Shown: one piece after another, positions 11,184 through 21,671 of the stretch
How the letters are laid out: every line of letters begins with the position of its first letter
How positions within the stretch are numbered: the stretch's first letter is position 1
Virus record (IMG/VR): IMGVR_UViG_3300008448_000040
Span: 14,725 to 78,724 of that record
Reading direction: 5' to 3' (one strand)
Length of the DNA: 64,000 nt
DNA from: a virus
Translations under genes and position numbers: made by a program
The notes under the pieces: generated by a model
What the model was told of the DNA's origin: nothing
Databases searched by the model: none
What the model saw: the letters and a program-made list of their open reading frames with translations, nothing else

Positions 11184-12970
11184 GACCTGATCGGAACCAT
11201 TGTTACGTTGATATCTGAAGGATTAATTGTAAGTATGTTTCTGAGAGAAACTGTATAATCAAAACTCACAGGCTTCACATATAGTTTAATTCCAGATCCT
11301 GCATAAGAAGAAACATTTAAACCAGTAATAATAATTTTTCCTGAATTATAGTCTACTGTACCTACGTTGGTAATTTTTGTATGAGTTCCATCAGTATTAA
11401 TTTTCATGATTCGTATGTTACCAATACCATCGTCTTCCAACTGGCAAGTGAACCCTTGATAAACAAAGTTAGTTGAATATACTCCTCGCTCAGCTGATGC
11501 TGGGTGTGTGTCAGTTGTTGGTGTTGTAATAAGAATCTCAGTATTAAAGTTGAGCGAGAAGCTTGATGGAGTAAATGTTATAGGTGTCAGTCTTATAAAT
11601 GGGGTAACTATTGTATCATTGTTAAGTATGGAATTATCTGATTCATCTATAGCTGCAACAAATTTACTATATCTAAATGTCGTATTGAAGTCGTTTAGAT
11701 TGTTAATGTTGAAAGAACTGATTGCATTCAATACTCTAGTTTTTATTTGATTATCCGATAACGTAGTTATATTATAATTGTATTTGACAATTGAATCAAC
11801 ATCAAGGAAAACAAACGAAGGTGATACTATTTCTGTAGTGAATCCTAATGGAACTTTATCCTCCAAGTATGCATTGTACACTTGTTTTTTACTATCTGAG
11901 ATTCCATCAGCTCCTTCAATATCAATTGCGAGATATACCTTACCGTACTGAGGTGGATCCTCCTTCTCACCTCCGTACACAGATATAGCTTGTATTTCCG
12001 GGAACTCTCTTTGTAGAAGAAACTTATAATCGTTTTCTGTGATTGCTCTTTCCTGTGTTTGGAAACTCCTTGGAGCATTGAATTTGATTGAGTCAATAGA
12101 TTCTGAAATTGAACCACTTGTTGCTGCAGAGTTCAAGATAACAGCGACATTTGAGTGACCATCAATAGAAGAGTTGTTTACAAAAGTATCTGCACCGTTA
12201 GGTAGCTCTCCGTTGCACACCCTGTAAGTTACTTCAATTATAGCTGAACTTTTTGGAGGTCTTCCAGTGAAACCATCTCCGAACATTACCTCATAAGTGT
12301 CGTCCTGAGCTCCCTGAACAAAAAACACGTAAGAATTCGTTGAAAGGCCGTACAATGAAAATGCTTGAGTATATACTAAGTTTGAAGAACCACTGTCCTC
12401 AGAAACCAATATTTCTATGCTTGTAGTGTCTATGTTTGGGTTTGTAAGAACAAATCTCTGGTTAGAATCAACCCCATTCTTCACAAACGTATCAGTAACA
12501 TATGAACCTTCATATAAATCTACATTGGTTGCTGTATATGTACCATTGTTAGAAGCAGTCAATGCAATAGCTTCTGACGTAACAAAATTATAGTTATTTG
12601 CACCTAACCTTGATGTGAACGAAGTCTTAGCAGGAATCACCACGGAGGTTACTGACGTTGATGGGGTGATAGAAATGTTTACGTTGGCAACTGCAGATCT
12701 AAATGATCTTGGAAGATAGTTGAGCTCTTTAGCATGTGATACAACACTGTCACGTAACTGAGCACTATCTAAAAACATTTCGCTTGAGATCATGTTAAGA
12801 TAGAAAGAGTTCAAGTATGAGTTGTAAGCAAGCACGTCCAAAAGAACGCTCATATTTGATCCCTCAAAATCATAATCTTGAAATCTTGATTGTGATCTTA
12901 GATGGCTTTTTAATGATGCTTTGATAGAGTCAAAATCAAGATTGACTAGATTTACAGATGAGTTTGCCAT
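11180..12970 (-). CDS. gp6: Baseplate wedge subunit gp6
   Basis: LDFDSIK, DYDFEGSNMSVLLDVLAYN, FLDSAQLRDSVVSHAKELNY, GGEKEDPPQYGKV. Confidence 0.95.
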   Translation of the reverse strand: MANSSVNLVNLDFDSIKASLKSHLRSQSRFQDYDFEGSNMSVLLDVLAYNSYLNSFYLNMISSEMFLDSAQLRDSVVSHAKELNYLPRSFRSAVANVNISITPSTSVTSVVIPAKTSFTSRLGANNYNFVTSEAIALTASNNGTYTATNVDLYEGSYVTDTFVKNGVDSNQRFVLTNPNIDTTSIEILVSEDSGSSNLVYTQAFSLYGLSTNSYVFFVQGAQDDTYEVMFGDGFTGRPPKSSAIIEVTYRVCNGELPNGADTFVNNSSIDGHSNVAVILNSAATSGSISESIDSIKFNAPRSFQTQERAITENDYKFLLQREFPEIQAISVYGGEKEDPPQYGKVYLAIDIEGADGISDSKKQVYNAYLEDKVPLGFTTEIVSPSFVFLDVDSIVKYNYNITTLSDNQIKTRVLNAISSFNINNLNDFNTTFRYSKFVAAIDESDNSILNNDTIVTPFIRLTPITFTPSSFSLNFNTEILITTPTTDTHPASAERGVYSTNFVYQGFTCQLEDDGIGNIRIMKINTDGTHTKITNVGTVDYNSGKIIITGLNVSSYAGSGIKLYVKPVSFDYTVSLRNILTINPSDINVTMVPIRS

Positions 12971-13390
12971 TTATCTTATTCTTCTTAGGAGAAAGTTTAC
13001 TGACGCAGTTTCAGTATTATTTATTGTGGTGAAATACAGATATAATCTGAATCCATTATTATTAGAATCATCTCTAACCGTTACATTGAGTGTTGTGATT
13101 CTTGGTTCAAAATTCTGTATTGCAGTCTGAATTTCAGATTTAATTGTATCAGCCAAAAACTGACTAAAGTTTTCAAATAGTAGCCCTCTGATGTTACATC
13201 CAAATTCAGGAAAAAATGGGCGCTCGCCCTTGTTAGTGAATATAATATTCTTGAGAGAATTTACAATTGAGTCCTCATTGGTTTTTCTAGCAAGATCACC
13301 AGATCCAAAATTTTTATCGAAGTTGTTATAGAAGTCACTATATCTTTCTGTTTTAAGAGATGTGACTGTAAATTTATCTGCGTATGCCAT
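12971..13390 (-). CDS. gp25: Baseplate wedge subunit gp25
   Basis: GERPFFPEFGCNI...LFEN...FEPRI. Confidence 0.95.
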   Translation of the reverse strand: MAYADKFTVTSLKTERYSDFYNNFDKNFGSGDLARKTNEDSIVNSLKNIIFTNKGERPFFPEFGCNIRGLLFENFSQFLADTIKSEIQTAIQNFEPRITTLNVTVRDDSNNNGFRLYLYFTTINNTETASVNFLLRRIR

Positions 13391-13391
13391 T

Positions 13392-14141
13392 TTATGTTGA
13401 AGAGTAGATTTCCGTTAATCTTACAAAGCTGACTGTATTTTCGAAATTGAGTGCGCCAATATTACCAAAAGCTCTGTTTAATTTAAATGTGTATTGACTA
13501 GCATTGATGGAATTTACAAATACAGGCTGATAGCTAATTTCAGATGTAGTATTTGGTTTATCATAATAAAATAATCTTATATGATTAAGAGTAGAATTAC
13601 TATCTGCATCATATGGACCTGCAGCAAGACCAGAGAACTGTACGTTACCTGCTGTGTTGTTATAAGATTCATATCCTGCGGTGGTATTTTTTGAGTTGTT
13701 TTTATAAACTCTCCAAACACTCTGAGCACCACCAGCATCATTGGCCTCTCCATGTATCCAAAATTCACAAGTTATGATACTCGTTGCGAACTTGGGAGTA
13801 ATATTAGCTGATAAGTCAGTAATAATTGCTTGGTGAAAGCCATCAACTGTACCTGTGAGATAATCGGTTCTCGCATCTGTTCTTTTTAGGATCGTTTGAA
13901 CCACCATACCGTCAAAAAAAGGAAAGCCAGTAACTACACCAATATTCAAATCTGTGTTGATTGTAGCAGTGTTACAATTGAATCCATTGGCAAAGATAGT
14001 ATTAGAGGTTTGAGAATCGTATGAAAAATTACCAGCAACAATTACACTATTTGAAAAGGTAACTGACCCATTGGTGTGAAGGGTCATATTATTAGGTGTC
14101 GCATCTGCATTTTTGATAGCATTTAATTTTAATAAACTCAT
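13392..14141 (-). CDS. Putative virion structural/fibre-associated protein
   Basis: Position in tail module; C-terminal VVQT...DLSANITPKFATS beta-rich domain. Confidence 0.5.
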   Translation of the reverse strand: MSLLKLNAIKNADATPNNMTLHTNGSVTFSNSVIVAGNFSYDSQTSNTIFANGFNCNTATINTDLNIGVVTGFPFFDGMVVQTILKRTDARTDYLTGTVDGFHQAIITDLSANITPKFATSIITCEFWIHGEANDAGGAQSVWRVYKNNSKNTTAGYESYNNTAGNVQFSGLAAGPYDADSNSTLNHIRLFYYDKPNTTSEISYQPVFVNSINASQYTFKLNRAFGNIGALNFENTVSFVRLTEIYSST

Positions 14142-14148
14142 TTATTCC

Positions 14149-14532
14149 TCATGTGATGGTTAAGGTTGCACCGTTCTCGATTGTCATAACGAACCCTTGG
14201 TCAATGGTAATGGGTCCTCCAGCAGTAGAGTTTCTACCAGAACTAAATGTTGTATTCTGAGATACGTTTGAAGAGTACTCAACAAAGACGGTTCGAACGA
14301 TACCGGAATTGATAGCTGCTACAGTCAAACTTGGACTTTGATTTATAACTGTTATATTATTGGCAATAATGTTAGCAGCTACAATATCCTTTACTGTAAT
14401 GTTATTATCTGTCACGTTACCATTTTCAGTAACCCTGTCCAGTGTCGTGTCAAATCTTAGATCTCTGAAATTTTCATCCATCTCTTCATATGTAAGAGAC
14501 GATCCTTTAATTATTCTTCTTGTTATTGTCAT
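14149..14532 (-). CDS. Putative virion structural protein
   Basis: KGSSLTYEEMDENF N-terminus resembles fibre-protein attachment motifs. Confidence 0.5.
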   Translation of the reverse strand: MTITRRIIKGSSLTYEEMDENFRDLRFDTTLDRVTENGNVTDNNITVKDIVAANIIANNITVINQSPSLTVAAINSGIVRTVFVEYSSNVSQNTTFSSGRNSTAGGPITIDQGFVMTIENGATLTIT

Positions 14533-14786
14533 GGTTGCGTTGTACTATAATAAACACCAACATAAGATCTCAATTTTGTTTTACCGTCTGCAGGATATGG
14601 ATTCTCATCGGGTATTTTTTGCACTGGAGTTTCAAGATAACCAGTAGCAACATACTCGAATAAATCTATTTCTTCTGCAGTTAGTGGTTCAGTAAACTTG
14701 AGCTCATTTTTGATGGCTGCTTTATCTTCAGGTGTTGTTGCCTGACCATACCTCTGTAATATATCTCTGTAATCTGGTTTAGCCAT
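14529..14786 (-). CDS. Hypothetical protein
   Basis: Translationally coupled to neighbours. Confidence 0.6.
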   Translation of the reverse strand: MAKPDYRDILQRYGQATTPEDKAAIKNELKFTEPLTAEEIDLFEYVATGYLETPVQKIPDENPYPADGKTKLRSYVGVYYSTTQP

Positions 14787-15075
14787 TTACAAACACATTC
14801 ATTGAACCAGTAGCAGCTGCATTTGGTAACCAAGAAGCATGTCCACCAGTAGCATCACCTTGTCTGTGTACGCCTCTCCCATTTACAAAAACATTGAAAG
14901 AAGCACCCACAGCAGGATCCCCGCATCCTGTTTTATCATTCAGTCTGACAACTGGCATGCCATTTACAAAAACATCATCTGAACCCTCCACGTAAGGAGT
15001 CTTGTGGAAGGGGTTCGGAGTCAGTGACGCATGGCCTATATGACTGTCTAAAAAAGCTCTTACAACTCCTGGCAT
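14779..15075 (-). CDS. gp5.4: PAAR spike-tip protein (gp5.4-like)
   Basis: GSDDVFVNGMPVVRLND, VFVNGRGVHRQGD repeats; follows gp5. Confidence 0.9.
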   Translation of the reverse strand: MPGVVRAFLDSHIGHASLTPNPFHKTPYVEGSDDVFVNGMPVVRLNDKTGCGDPAVGASFNVFVNGRGVHRQGDATGGHASWLPNAAATGSMNVFVNG

Positions 15076-15084
15076 TGTTTTTCC

Positions 15085-15912
15085 TTAAGTGGGGTTAATA
15101 TCTACTCTTGGAGCTTTGAATATCATATTACCCAGCGACTCAAGAATATATGTTCCATTTACTTTAGTTAACACGTTACCATCTACATACATCGTTACAT
15201 TACCGTCAATTTTTACATTAGCATTACCACCAATGTATACATTGTTATCCTCTACGGTGATATCAAATCTATCTTTCATAGATTTTATGACGGTTGTACC
15301 CTCTCTGTCAATTTCAACATAAGATCCGTTCTTGTGCATCACATGAATGCGCTCTTCACCAGGAGTATCATCAAGTTCAACAAGATGACCTGATTCTGTT
15401 CTTAAACTCTTGTTATAAGGATATTTAGCATTATATGGAGAATCTGGTTCACCAGGAAACGGCATTGAAATGTTAGTTTTTAAATTATTTTTAAAGTTTC
15501 CTACACTATTTTGCTCATAAGAAGTTTTTGGTAATTCATTTTCCTCTTCATCACCAACCAACCCAGCAATAGTACCAAAGATCAACGGTATCTGACATTC
15601 ATTACCATCTGCAAAGAATCCAAATACAGTCGATCCAACCAATAGACCTGTTGTACTTAATCCTATACCATCTTTTTTGAAGTCACCACCAAAGTTTTTG
15701 ATGATTCCCGCACTCAGTATAGAATTGATAGGCATAGCCCATGGAAGATGATCCTTAGGGACCTTTACCGTATCGGGCTCACCACTAGATGTGAAAGGGT
15801 GAACATTGTATATTCTTACCCTGACTCTTCCCAATTGTTTGGGATCATCTCTATCTTCAACTTTACCTATAAACCACCTGAAACCCTCTTCACCAATAGC
15901 TGCTGTCGTCAT
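15085..15912 (-). CDS. gp5: Baseplate hub/spike gp5 without lysozyme domain
   Basis: WFIGKVEDRDDPKQLGRVRVR OB-fold, YPYN..TESGH..ELDDTPGEERI, beta-helix repeats. Confidence 0.9.
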   Translation of the reverse strand: MTTAAIGEEGFRWFIGKVEDRDDPKQLGRVRVRIYNVHPFTSSGEPDTVKVPKDHLPWAMPINSILSAGIIKNFGGDFKKDGIGLSTTGLLVGSTVFGFFADGNECQIPLIFGTIAGLVGDEEENELPKTSYEQNSVGNFKNNLKTNISMPFPGEPDSPYNAKYPYNKSLRTESGHLVELDDTPGEERIHVMHKNGSYVEIDREGTTVIKSMKDRFDITVEDNNVYIGGNANVKIDGNVTMYVDGNVLTKVNGTYILESLGNMIFKAPRVDINPT

Positions 15913-17204
15913 CTTGAGGGAGCTCCTCTATCAAATCTTTTAAGCTGTAAATGTGTCGTATATTTTGAATCTGTGTAAATATTAAGAGAATGTCTAACTG
16001 CTGTAACAAGGTATTTACCACTTGCTACTTTATTGAGATCTTCACCACCAACAGAATCATAGTTGGGTACTTTCAGTTCTACCACCGAACCAGCATATAC
16101 CTTAGTATTACCAGGCACATCAATAAATGTAGTTTCCTGATTGAATAAATTTGAATATGCAATTCTCTCTGGAAGTGAGTCATATAGAAAGTTCAATGTG
16201 TTGTTGTCTACGTCCCTATATGTTGCAAAAGGTACAAGCAATGGTAGTATCTCTGTAGTGGAAAAGTCACTTTTTATTTGATCAGTTAATAAAGGATTCT
16301 GACCGCTAGGGCTGTGAGTGAATTCTCTACTTTCGTATTTCTTTTTAGTGAAATCATACTCTGCTATCTTTGTTTTATACCCACCAGCACGTAACAAGTG
16401 AGATAAATCTGATAAAGTTTTTACCGTGTAGTTTGCAAATAATAGATGAGCGTCTTTGTCACTTATTTGAGAACTGGGTCCTTTAATATTAGATGAAACA
16501 TCTTGCTTTTGAAAGAATTGTAGTGTCTTGGTGCCAAAATCGGAGTTTTCTGATTTTAAAAGATTTTCAACTGTTTTAAAGAAATATCCTTTTTGGTTTT
16601 CAAAGAAAACAAAATTATGAGATTTGTTCTCTGAGGAAACTACCCTTCTTCTTATCATATCTATTGCTGAGAAAGGATTCAGAAAAGGTATAACTATTTT
16701 AGGTTGAAACTTATTACCTTCTATTTTCAAAGGTTTTTCTGATGATAGAAAGTTTGATAAAATATCATTTAAAATCTCATCTGCTCCACTTTCGTAACTT
16801 TTAGATACTATTTTAGAACTTGCTTCGAGATACTCTTTACTCGCCAACCTCAACCCAATCAACTTTGATCTGAGATTTTCATTGGGTTTAAGATAATTAA
16901 CTTCGGTAACGTACAATGTGTAAGATGTTGAAGAATCATCACCAAAACCTTTAAAATCTATCTTGAACTCTTCTCCACCAGAGAAGTTAAAATCTTCGAA
17001 CAAGGAGGATCCATCAAGCAACATTAAATCTGCAAGGAGATAAGGTCTTTCAATACTTTCAAAAATATCTATAGAGTGTACATAATCAACAAAGTTTTTA
17101 AACTTGTCGGTGCCTTCTTTTATGGAAAGAGTTTTTGATTTTCTGTTGTCTGTTATAGAAATAGATTCTATATCACATTGACCAGGACGAACTGAACTAG
17201 ACAT
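15909..17204 (-). CDS. Putative baseplate hub protein (gp27-like position)
   Basis: Between gp53 and gp5; IFESI, FVFFEN and SGKYLVTAVRH motifs. Confidence 0.55.
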   Translation of the reverse strand: MSSSVRPGQCDIESISITDNRKSKTLSIKEGTDKFKNFVDYVHSIDIFESIERPYLLADLMLLDGSSLFEDFNFSGGEEFKIDFKGFGDDSSTSYTLYVTEVNYLKPNENLRSKLIGLRLASKEYLEASSKIVSKSYESGADEILNDILSNFLSSEKPLKIEGNKFQPKIVIPFLNPFSAIDMIRRRVVSSENKSHNFVFFENQKGYFFKTVENLLKSENSDFGTKTLQFFQKQDVSSNIKGPSSQISDKDAHLLFANYTVKTLSDLSHLLRAGGYKTKIAEYDFTKKKYESREFTHSPSGQNPLLTDQIKSDFSTTEILPLLVPFATYRDVDNNTLNFLYDSLPERIAYSNLFNQETTFIDVPGNTKVYAGSVVELKVPNYDSVGGEDLNKVASGKYLVTAVRHSLNIYTDSKYTTHLQLKRFDRGAPSR

Positions 17205-18060
17205 TATTCAACTCTTTGAACAAATCAAGAACGGTAGGTACATAAGAAGTATCAAGAAGTTTAATATTCTTTTTCTTTTCATTCAATTCATTTTCATAGT
17301 CATAAAAAGATACTGGTTCATAGTATAGAAGTTCGTCTGATGGAATGGTTGTTGATAAATTTATAATTGATGATATTGTGGCGTTAGCATTACTAGTACT
17401 TCCCTTCACAGTTAATGTATTGGCAAATGTACCCTGAATACTATCAATAATCAAAGTACTAGAATTTGCATACTTTATATTCCCAATAGCAGTAGTAGTT
17501 CCACCAGATAGTTGATAAGAGTTTTCACTGTTTGAGAATTGAGTGCTTCCCTGCAAAGTAATATTCAACTGTTTAACCATGTTGGTTGAGTGAATGATTT
17601 CTTCTCTCTTTCGTTCGTATGCTGAAATAGCTCCTGAAGCAGTTAGAATCGGATTCCAGTATTTCTTTTTATTTTCAGAAAGATTATTAAAGGTTATTGG
17701 AGATAATACAGAGAAATCTGTTAAATAATTAGACCTGTAAAACTTAATTTTTGACTGAGCATTTGAAACAGATCCATATTTGTCATTAATGAACTGTTTG
17801 AATGTGTTAGTATCCATATACCAGTCATAATAAGGATCAACAATATTATTACTGAATAATACTATCCAATCAAGCATTGGATCACCATAATATAAAAATG
17901 CTATAGTATCAGGTCTATCACCTTCTCTTATAGTATACGGATGAAATACGTAGAATCTTTCATCTAGCTTTTCCTGAAATCCTATTTTTGTTAGTATGTT
18001 TGTTGAAACGGTATTACTATAAACATCTAGCGGAAAATTTTTAAAATATTTACCAGCCAT
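17197..18060 (-). CDS. gp53: Baseplate wedge gp53
   Basis: YFKNFP, GDRPDTIA..YYGD..WIVL..NNIVDPYYDW, YDYENELNE. Confidence 0.9.
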   Translation of the reverse strand: MAGKYFKNFPLDVYSNTVSTNILTKIGFQEKLDERFYVFHPYTIREGDRPDTIAFLYYGDPMLDWIVLFSNNIVDPYYDWYMDTNTFKQFINDKYGSVSNAQSKIKFYRSNYLTDFSVLSPITFNNLSENKKKYWNPILTASGAISAYERKREEIIHSTNMVKQLNITLQGSTQFSNSENSYQLSGGTTTAIGNIKYANSSTLIIDSIQGTFANTLTVKGSTSNANATISSIINLSTTIPSDELLYYEPVSFYDYENELNEKKKNIKLLDTSYVPTVLDLFKELNNV

Positions 18061-18063
18061 TAA

Positions 18064-19245
18064 TTAACTCCCTATATTAGTTGGAGTTGAGAAGATGCCT
18101 CTATTTTCAGGCCTCCTGGCTTCTCTTTCTTCTTCCACTTGATCATCAAGTGAGGCTGCGACTCTAGATTCAAAAACAATCTGATTAGCTTTGACGGTAT
18201 CAATGTAATCAAATCCTTGACTCTCGTTGGTACTAAAATCATTTGCAAGCCAGAGTTCAATTTCTTGGAAGTTGACTCTTATAGAAACACCGGCTGGAAC
18301 TCTCTGTGGATCTGAATTTAAATCTCTTGAGTAAATAAAAGCAGCTCCGTTTGGAGTGTAGTTTACTTCCAATCCAGTAATCACGCATCTCTTGAATTTT
18401 TTTGTATGAGAGTCAGGCTTTAAAGTAATCTCCCAAATTGCTGGAGTTTTAAGTATAGAAGGATTATTTTTATCTTGTTCTGGTAGCATTTCCCTTCTAA
18501 AATAACCGACTATTTTTTTGATCGTCTCCGTCTCTGATGCATCTTCAGGATATAAAGTCCACTCAAAAGAAAAACTCTTGAATCCTGTTCCCGAATAAAT
18601 CATAACAGGATAAGGATTAGTTGTTACCTGGAAAGATGTTTTAGCAGCGGCTCCAAGTATACCCATATTTGGATTAGATAAAGCAGCAACACCAAAAGCT
18701 GCCGCCGCCTGCCTTACACCTTGATCAGAACTCAAAGAACTGATGTAGTCAGAAATTCTAGAAGCAGCTCTATTCATACCGCCTTGTGAGAACATATTAT
18801 TGAAACTTGTTGTTCCTTCTGAAGTAGAGACATTTGTTATATCATTCCTGATAGCATTGCCTACAAAGTATAAATTTTCTGCTGTATAAGATGCACCAAA
18901 TGAATCGGTGATTGACTGAGGCAAAGGAAGATAAATTGATTTTTCAAAAGAAAACTCTCGTTTAGCTTCTTCAAATCTATTTTGTGAGAATTTATATGCA
19001 TTGAAAGATATATAGAAATCACCAGACAAATCACCAGGAAAAACTATTGGTGAAGAATCTCCATTGAAACTACTGGATCTTCTATCTTCAATAGTTTCAC
19101 TGGGACGTCCGTCGTATTTGTATTGCTGGGATTCAGGCACATAATAGCTATCCCCACTGTTTTGATTAACGTGTTTGGATATAATATCTTTTTTACTAGC
19201 TTCCTGCGCTTGTGTGCTAGAGAAGTCGTTTTGAACTAAGGCCAT
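18064..19245 (-). CDS. gp48: Baseplate tail-tube cap gp48
   Basis: IYLPLP, NPY..MIY.G..FKSFSFEW, CVITGLEVNYTP, FQEIE. Confidence 0.8.
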   Translation of the reverse strand: MALVQNDFSSTQAQEASKKDIISKHVNQNSGDSYYVPESQQYKYDGRPSETIEDRRSSSFNGDSSPIVFPGDLSGDFYISFNAYKFSQNRFEEAKREFSFEKSIYLPLPQSITDSFGASYTAENLYFVGNAIRNDITNVSTSEGTTSFNNMFSQGGMNRAASRISDYISSLSSDQGVRQAAAAFGVAALSNPNMGILGAAAKTSFQVTTNPYPVMIYSGTGFKSFSFEWTLYPEDASETETIKKIVGYFRREMLPEQDKNNPSILKTPAIWEITLKPDSHTKKFKRCVITGLEVNYTPNGAAFIYSRDLNSDPQRVPAGVSIRVNFQEIELWLANDFSTNESQGFDYIDTVKANQIVFESRVAASLDDQVEEEREARRPENRGIFSTPTNIGS

Positions 19246-19256
19246 TTAATTTCCTA

Positions 19257-19709
19257 ATGAGTTACAAAGGGATCTTCAAACCCAAAAACCCCAATAAGTA
19301 TAAGGGTGATCATACAAATATTATTTATCGCTCTAGTTGGGAGTGTAAATTCATGGATCACCTTGATAGACACCCAGATGTTATTCAGTGGGCCAGTGAA
19401 GAGTTCTCGATACCTTATTTATCGCCATTAGATAATAGAATACACAGATACTTTCCAGATTTCTGGGTCAAAATGAAAAACAAAAATGGTATCATAGAAA
19501 CGGTGGTTATAGAGATTAAACCCAAATCCCAAACAGTCCCACCTACACCAAAAACTAGAGTCACAAAAAGATACCTCAATGAAGTTAAAACCTGGGGAAT
19601 AAATAGTAGTAAATGGAAATATGCGGAAAGATTCTGCGCAGATAGGAAGTGGAAATTTCAAATACTAACAGAAACGGAACTAGGCATCAAATATGGCAAT
19701 AACCTATAG
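19257..19709 (+). CDS. gp4: Head completion nuclease gp4
   Basis: YKGD..NIIYRSSWE, WASEE, HRYFPDF, IEIKP. Confidence 0.95.
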   Translation: MSYKGIFKPKNPNKYKGDHTNIIYRSSWECKFMDHLDRHPDVIQWASEEFSIPYLSPLDNRIHRYFPDFWVKMKNKNGIIETVVIEIKPKSQTVPPTPKTRVTKRYLNEVKTWGINSSKWKYAERFCADRKWKFQILTETELGIKYGNNL

Positions 19710-20229
19710 TCAAATGCTCGACCAGGCCAGATCACGTGGTCAGATTGCAGATGCTACAAAATGGTTCCAACAAACATTTAGTGATCTCAGTCCACCAACT
19801 AGTTCTATAATTAACAAGAGCGATAGATATTTAACACGTGACTTACAGATAGGTAAAATGTACCTATTTCACTACGATCCTAAACATAAAGAAAAATTAC
19901 CGCTGTATGATAAATTTCCTATCATCTTTCCTTTTGACCATGCTCCAAACGGATTCATGGGAATAAACTTTCATTATATTCCGTACATACAAAGAGCAAG
20001 ACTTTTAGATAGTCTAATGTCAGCATCCAGTAGCAAGTCCATGACAGAAGCAATGAGATTAAATCTTAGTTATGATGTATTGAAGTCGGTTGCCAATTCA
20101 AAATATTTTAAGCCTTGTATAAAACGCTACCTAAATAATCACGTTAGATCCAGGTTTCTTTTGATACCACCTTCCCAGTGGTCAAAGGCATTATTCTTAC
20201 CTCTAGAACAATTTGTATATAAAAAGTAA
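19693..20229 (+). CDS. gp2: DNA end protector gp2
   Basis: GKMYLFHYDPKHKEKLPLYDKFP, GINFHY, PCIKRYL. Confidence 0.9.
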   Translation: MAITYSQMLDQARSRGQIADATKWFQQTFSDLSPPTSSIINKSDRYLTRDLQIGKMYLFHYDPKHKEKLPLYDKFPIIFPFDHAPNGFMGINFHYIPYIQRARLLDSLMSASSSKSMTEAMRLNLSYDVLKSVANSKYFKPCIKRYLNNHVRSRFLLIPPSQWSKALFLPLEQFVYKK

Positions 20230-20945
20230 TGTTAAATTTAAGAAATTTTCAATCTAAGATTAGCGAATATGATGTTCAGCGCCCCAATTTATTTGAAGTG
20301 AAGTTCAATATACCTCGGAATCTAAAGTTTGGAGGGAATGATCGTAATGTGAGTTCATTAGTTAGAGAAGCTACAGATAATGGTTTATTGCTAACTGCTT
20401 TTTGTAGATCAGCAACACTCCCAGGTGCTGCTTTAGGTTTAGCTGAAGCAAGAAGATATGGAATTGGTCCAACAGTTAGAACACCTGTCTTTTCTTCATC
20501 AAGTCCTGATGTATCTTTGACATTCATTTCTGATTCTTATCATTTAATAAGATCTGTATTCACCGGTTGGATGAGATGTATCTACGAGTGGACTCCTGAG
20601 GGAGAGGTTGGCAAGGGTAAAAATTATCAGCTTGGATACAAAAATGATTACTCGTCTACATTAGAGGTGATAGTTTATCATGGTGAACCAGGAAAATATG
20701 AAGGAAATGGTATTCTCCAATCATTGACAACTGCTGCTTTTTCTGCAGCAGGGGTACCGTTTCTAGCATCTAACCTTTTGAGTAATGTGCCATCTTTTCC
20801 TTTGACACCTATAAAAACAGTAAGTTTGTATAAAGCATTCCCAATTAGTGTAAGTGAAATGTCATTATCACATGATTCTACAAATACAGTATCCGAATTC
20901 ACTGTTAATTTTTCTTACTATGATTGGTCCACCGAGTCATTTTGA
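20229..20945 (+). CDS. Tail-tube-like protein (gp54/gp19 fold)
   Basis: RPNLFEV, ATLPG, AFPISV, FTVNFSY. Confidence 0.7.
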   Translation: MLNLRNFQSKISEYDVQRPNLFEVKFNIPRNLKFGGNDRNVSSLVREATDNGLLLTAFCRSATLPGAALGLAEARRYGIGPTVRTPVFSSSSPDVSLTFISDSYHLIRSVFTGWMRCIYEWTPEGEVGKGKNYQLGYKNDYSSTLEVIVYHGEPGKYEGNGILQSLTTAAFSAAGVPFLASNLLSNVPSFPLTPIKTVSLYKAFPISVSEMSLSHDSTNTVSEFTVNFSYYDWSTESF

Positions 20946-20960
20946 TTATAAGGAGTTATT

Positions 20961-21671
20961 ATGGCTTTACCAAAATTGATGTACCCTACTTTTGATTTGA
21001 TTATTCCTTCAACAAAAGAAACTGTAAAATTCAGACCTTTTTTAGTCAAAGAAGAAAAACTTCTTCTGATGGCTAAGCAAGGAGAGGAAAAGAATGATAT
21101 TATTAATGTTTTAAAACAAGTAATATCAAATTGCGATGTTGATAGCAAGTTGAATGCAAACAGCTTGGCATCTTTTGATCTCGAGTACATTTTTTTGAAG
21201 TTAAGAGGTAAATCAATCAATAATGTGATTGAGCTTAGCTACACTGATCTTGAAGATGACAAACAATACAATTTTAAAATAGATGTTGATGAAATACAAA
21301 TTATACAGAATGAGGAACATAGTAATGTAATAGAATTATCTGACACATCCGGAATAGTAATGAAGTACCCAGATGCAGCGCTGATGTCGGATGTTGTTAA
21401 CAAAATTGACATGGCAGATATTTTGTTTGTTATGATTAGAGGTTGTATGGAAAAGTATTATGATGGTGACTCAATTACGTATTTCAAAGACTGTTCAGTA
21501 AAAGAAGTTGATGATTTTATTGAGAACTTGCCCACAGATGTATTAAGAAAGTTTGAAAAGTTCTTTGATACAATGCCTAGACTGTATCACAAGTTAGAAT
21601 ATGTTAACTCAAATGGAACTGAGAGAACTATTGAATTAAGAACCCTAGAAGATTTTTTTACGTTGGGCTGA
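20961..21671 (+). CDS. gp26: Baseplate hub assembly protein gp26
   Basis: MALPK, FRPFLVKEEKLLLMA, FDLEYIFLKLRGKS, FFDTMP. Confidence 0.9.
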   Translation: MALPKLMYPTFDLIIPSTKETVKFRPFLVKEEKLLLMAKQGEEKNDIINVLKQVISNCDVDSKLNANSLASFDLEYIFLKLRGKSINNVIELSYTDLEDDKQYNFKIDVDEIQIIQNEEHSNVIELSDTSGIVMKYPDAALMSDVVNKIDMADILFVMIRGCMEKYYDGDSITYFKDCSVKEVDDFIENLPTDVLRKFEKFFDTMPRLYHKLEYVNSNGTERTIELRTLEDFFTLG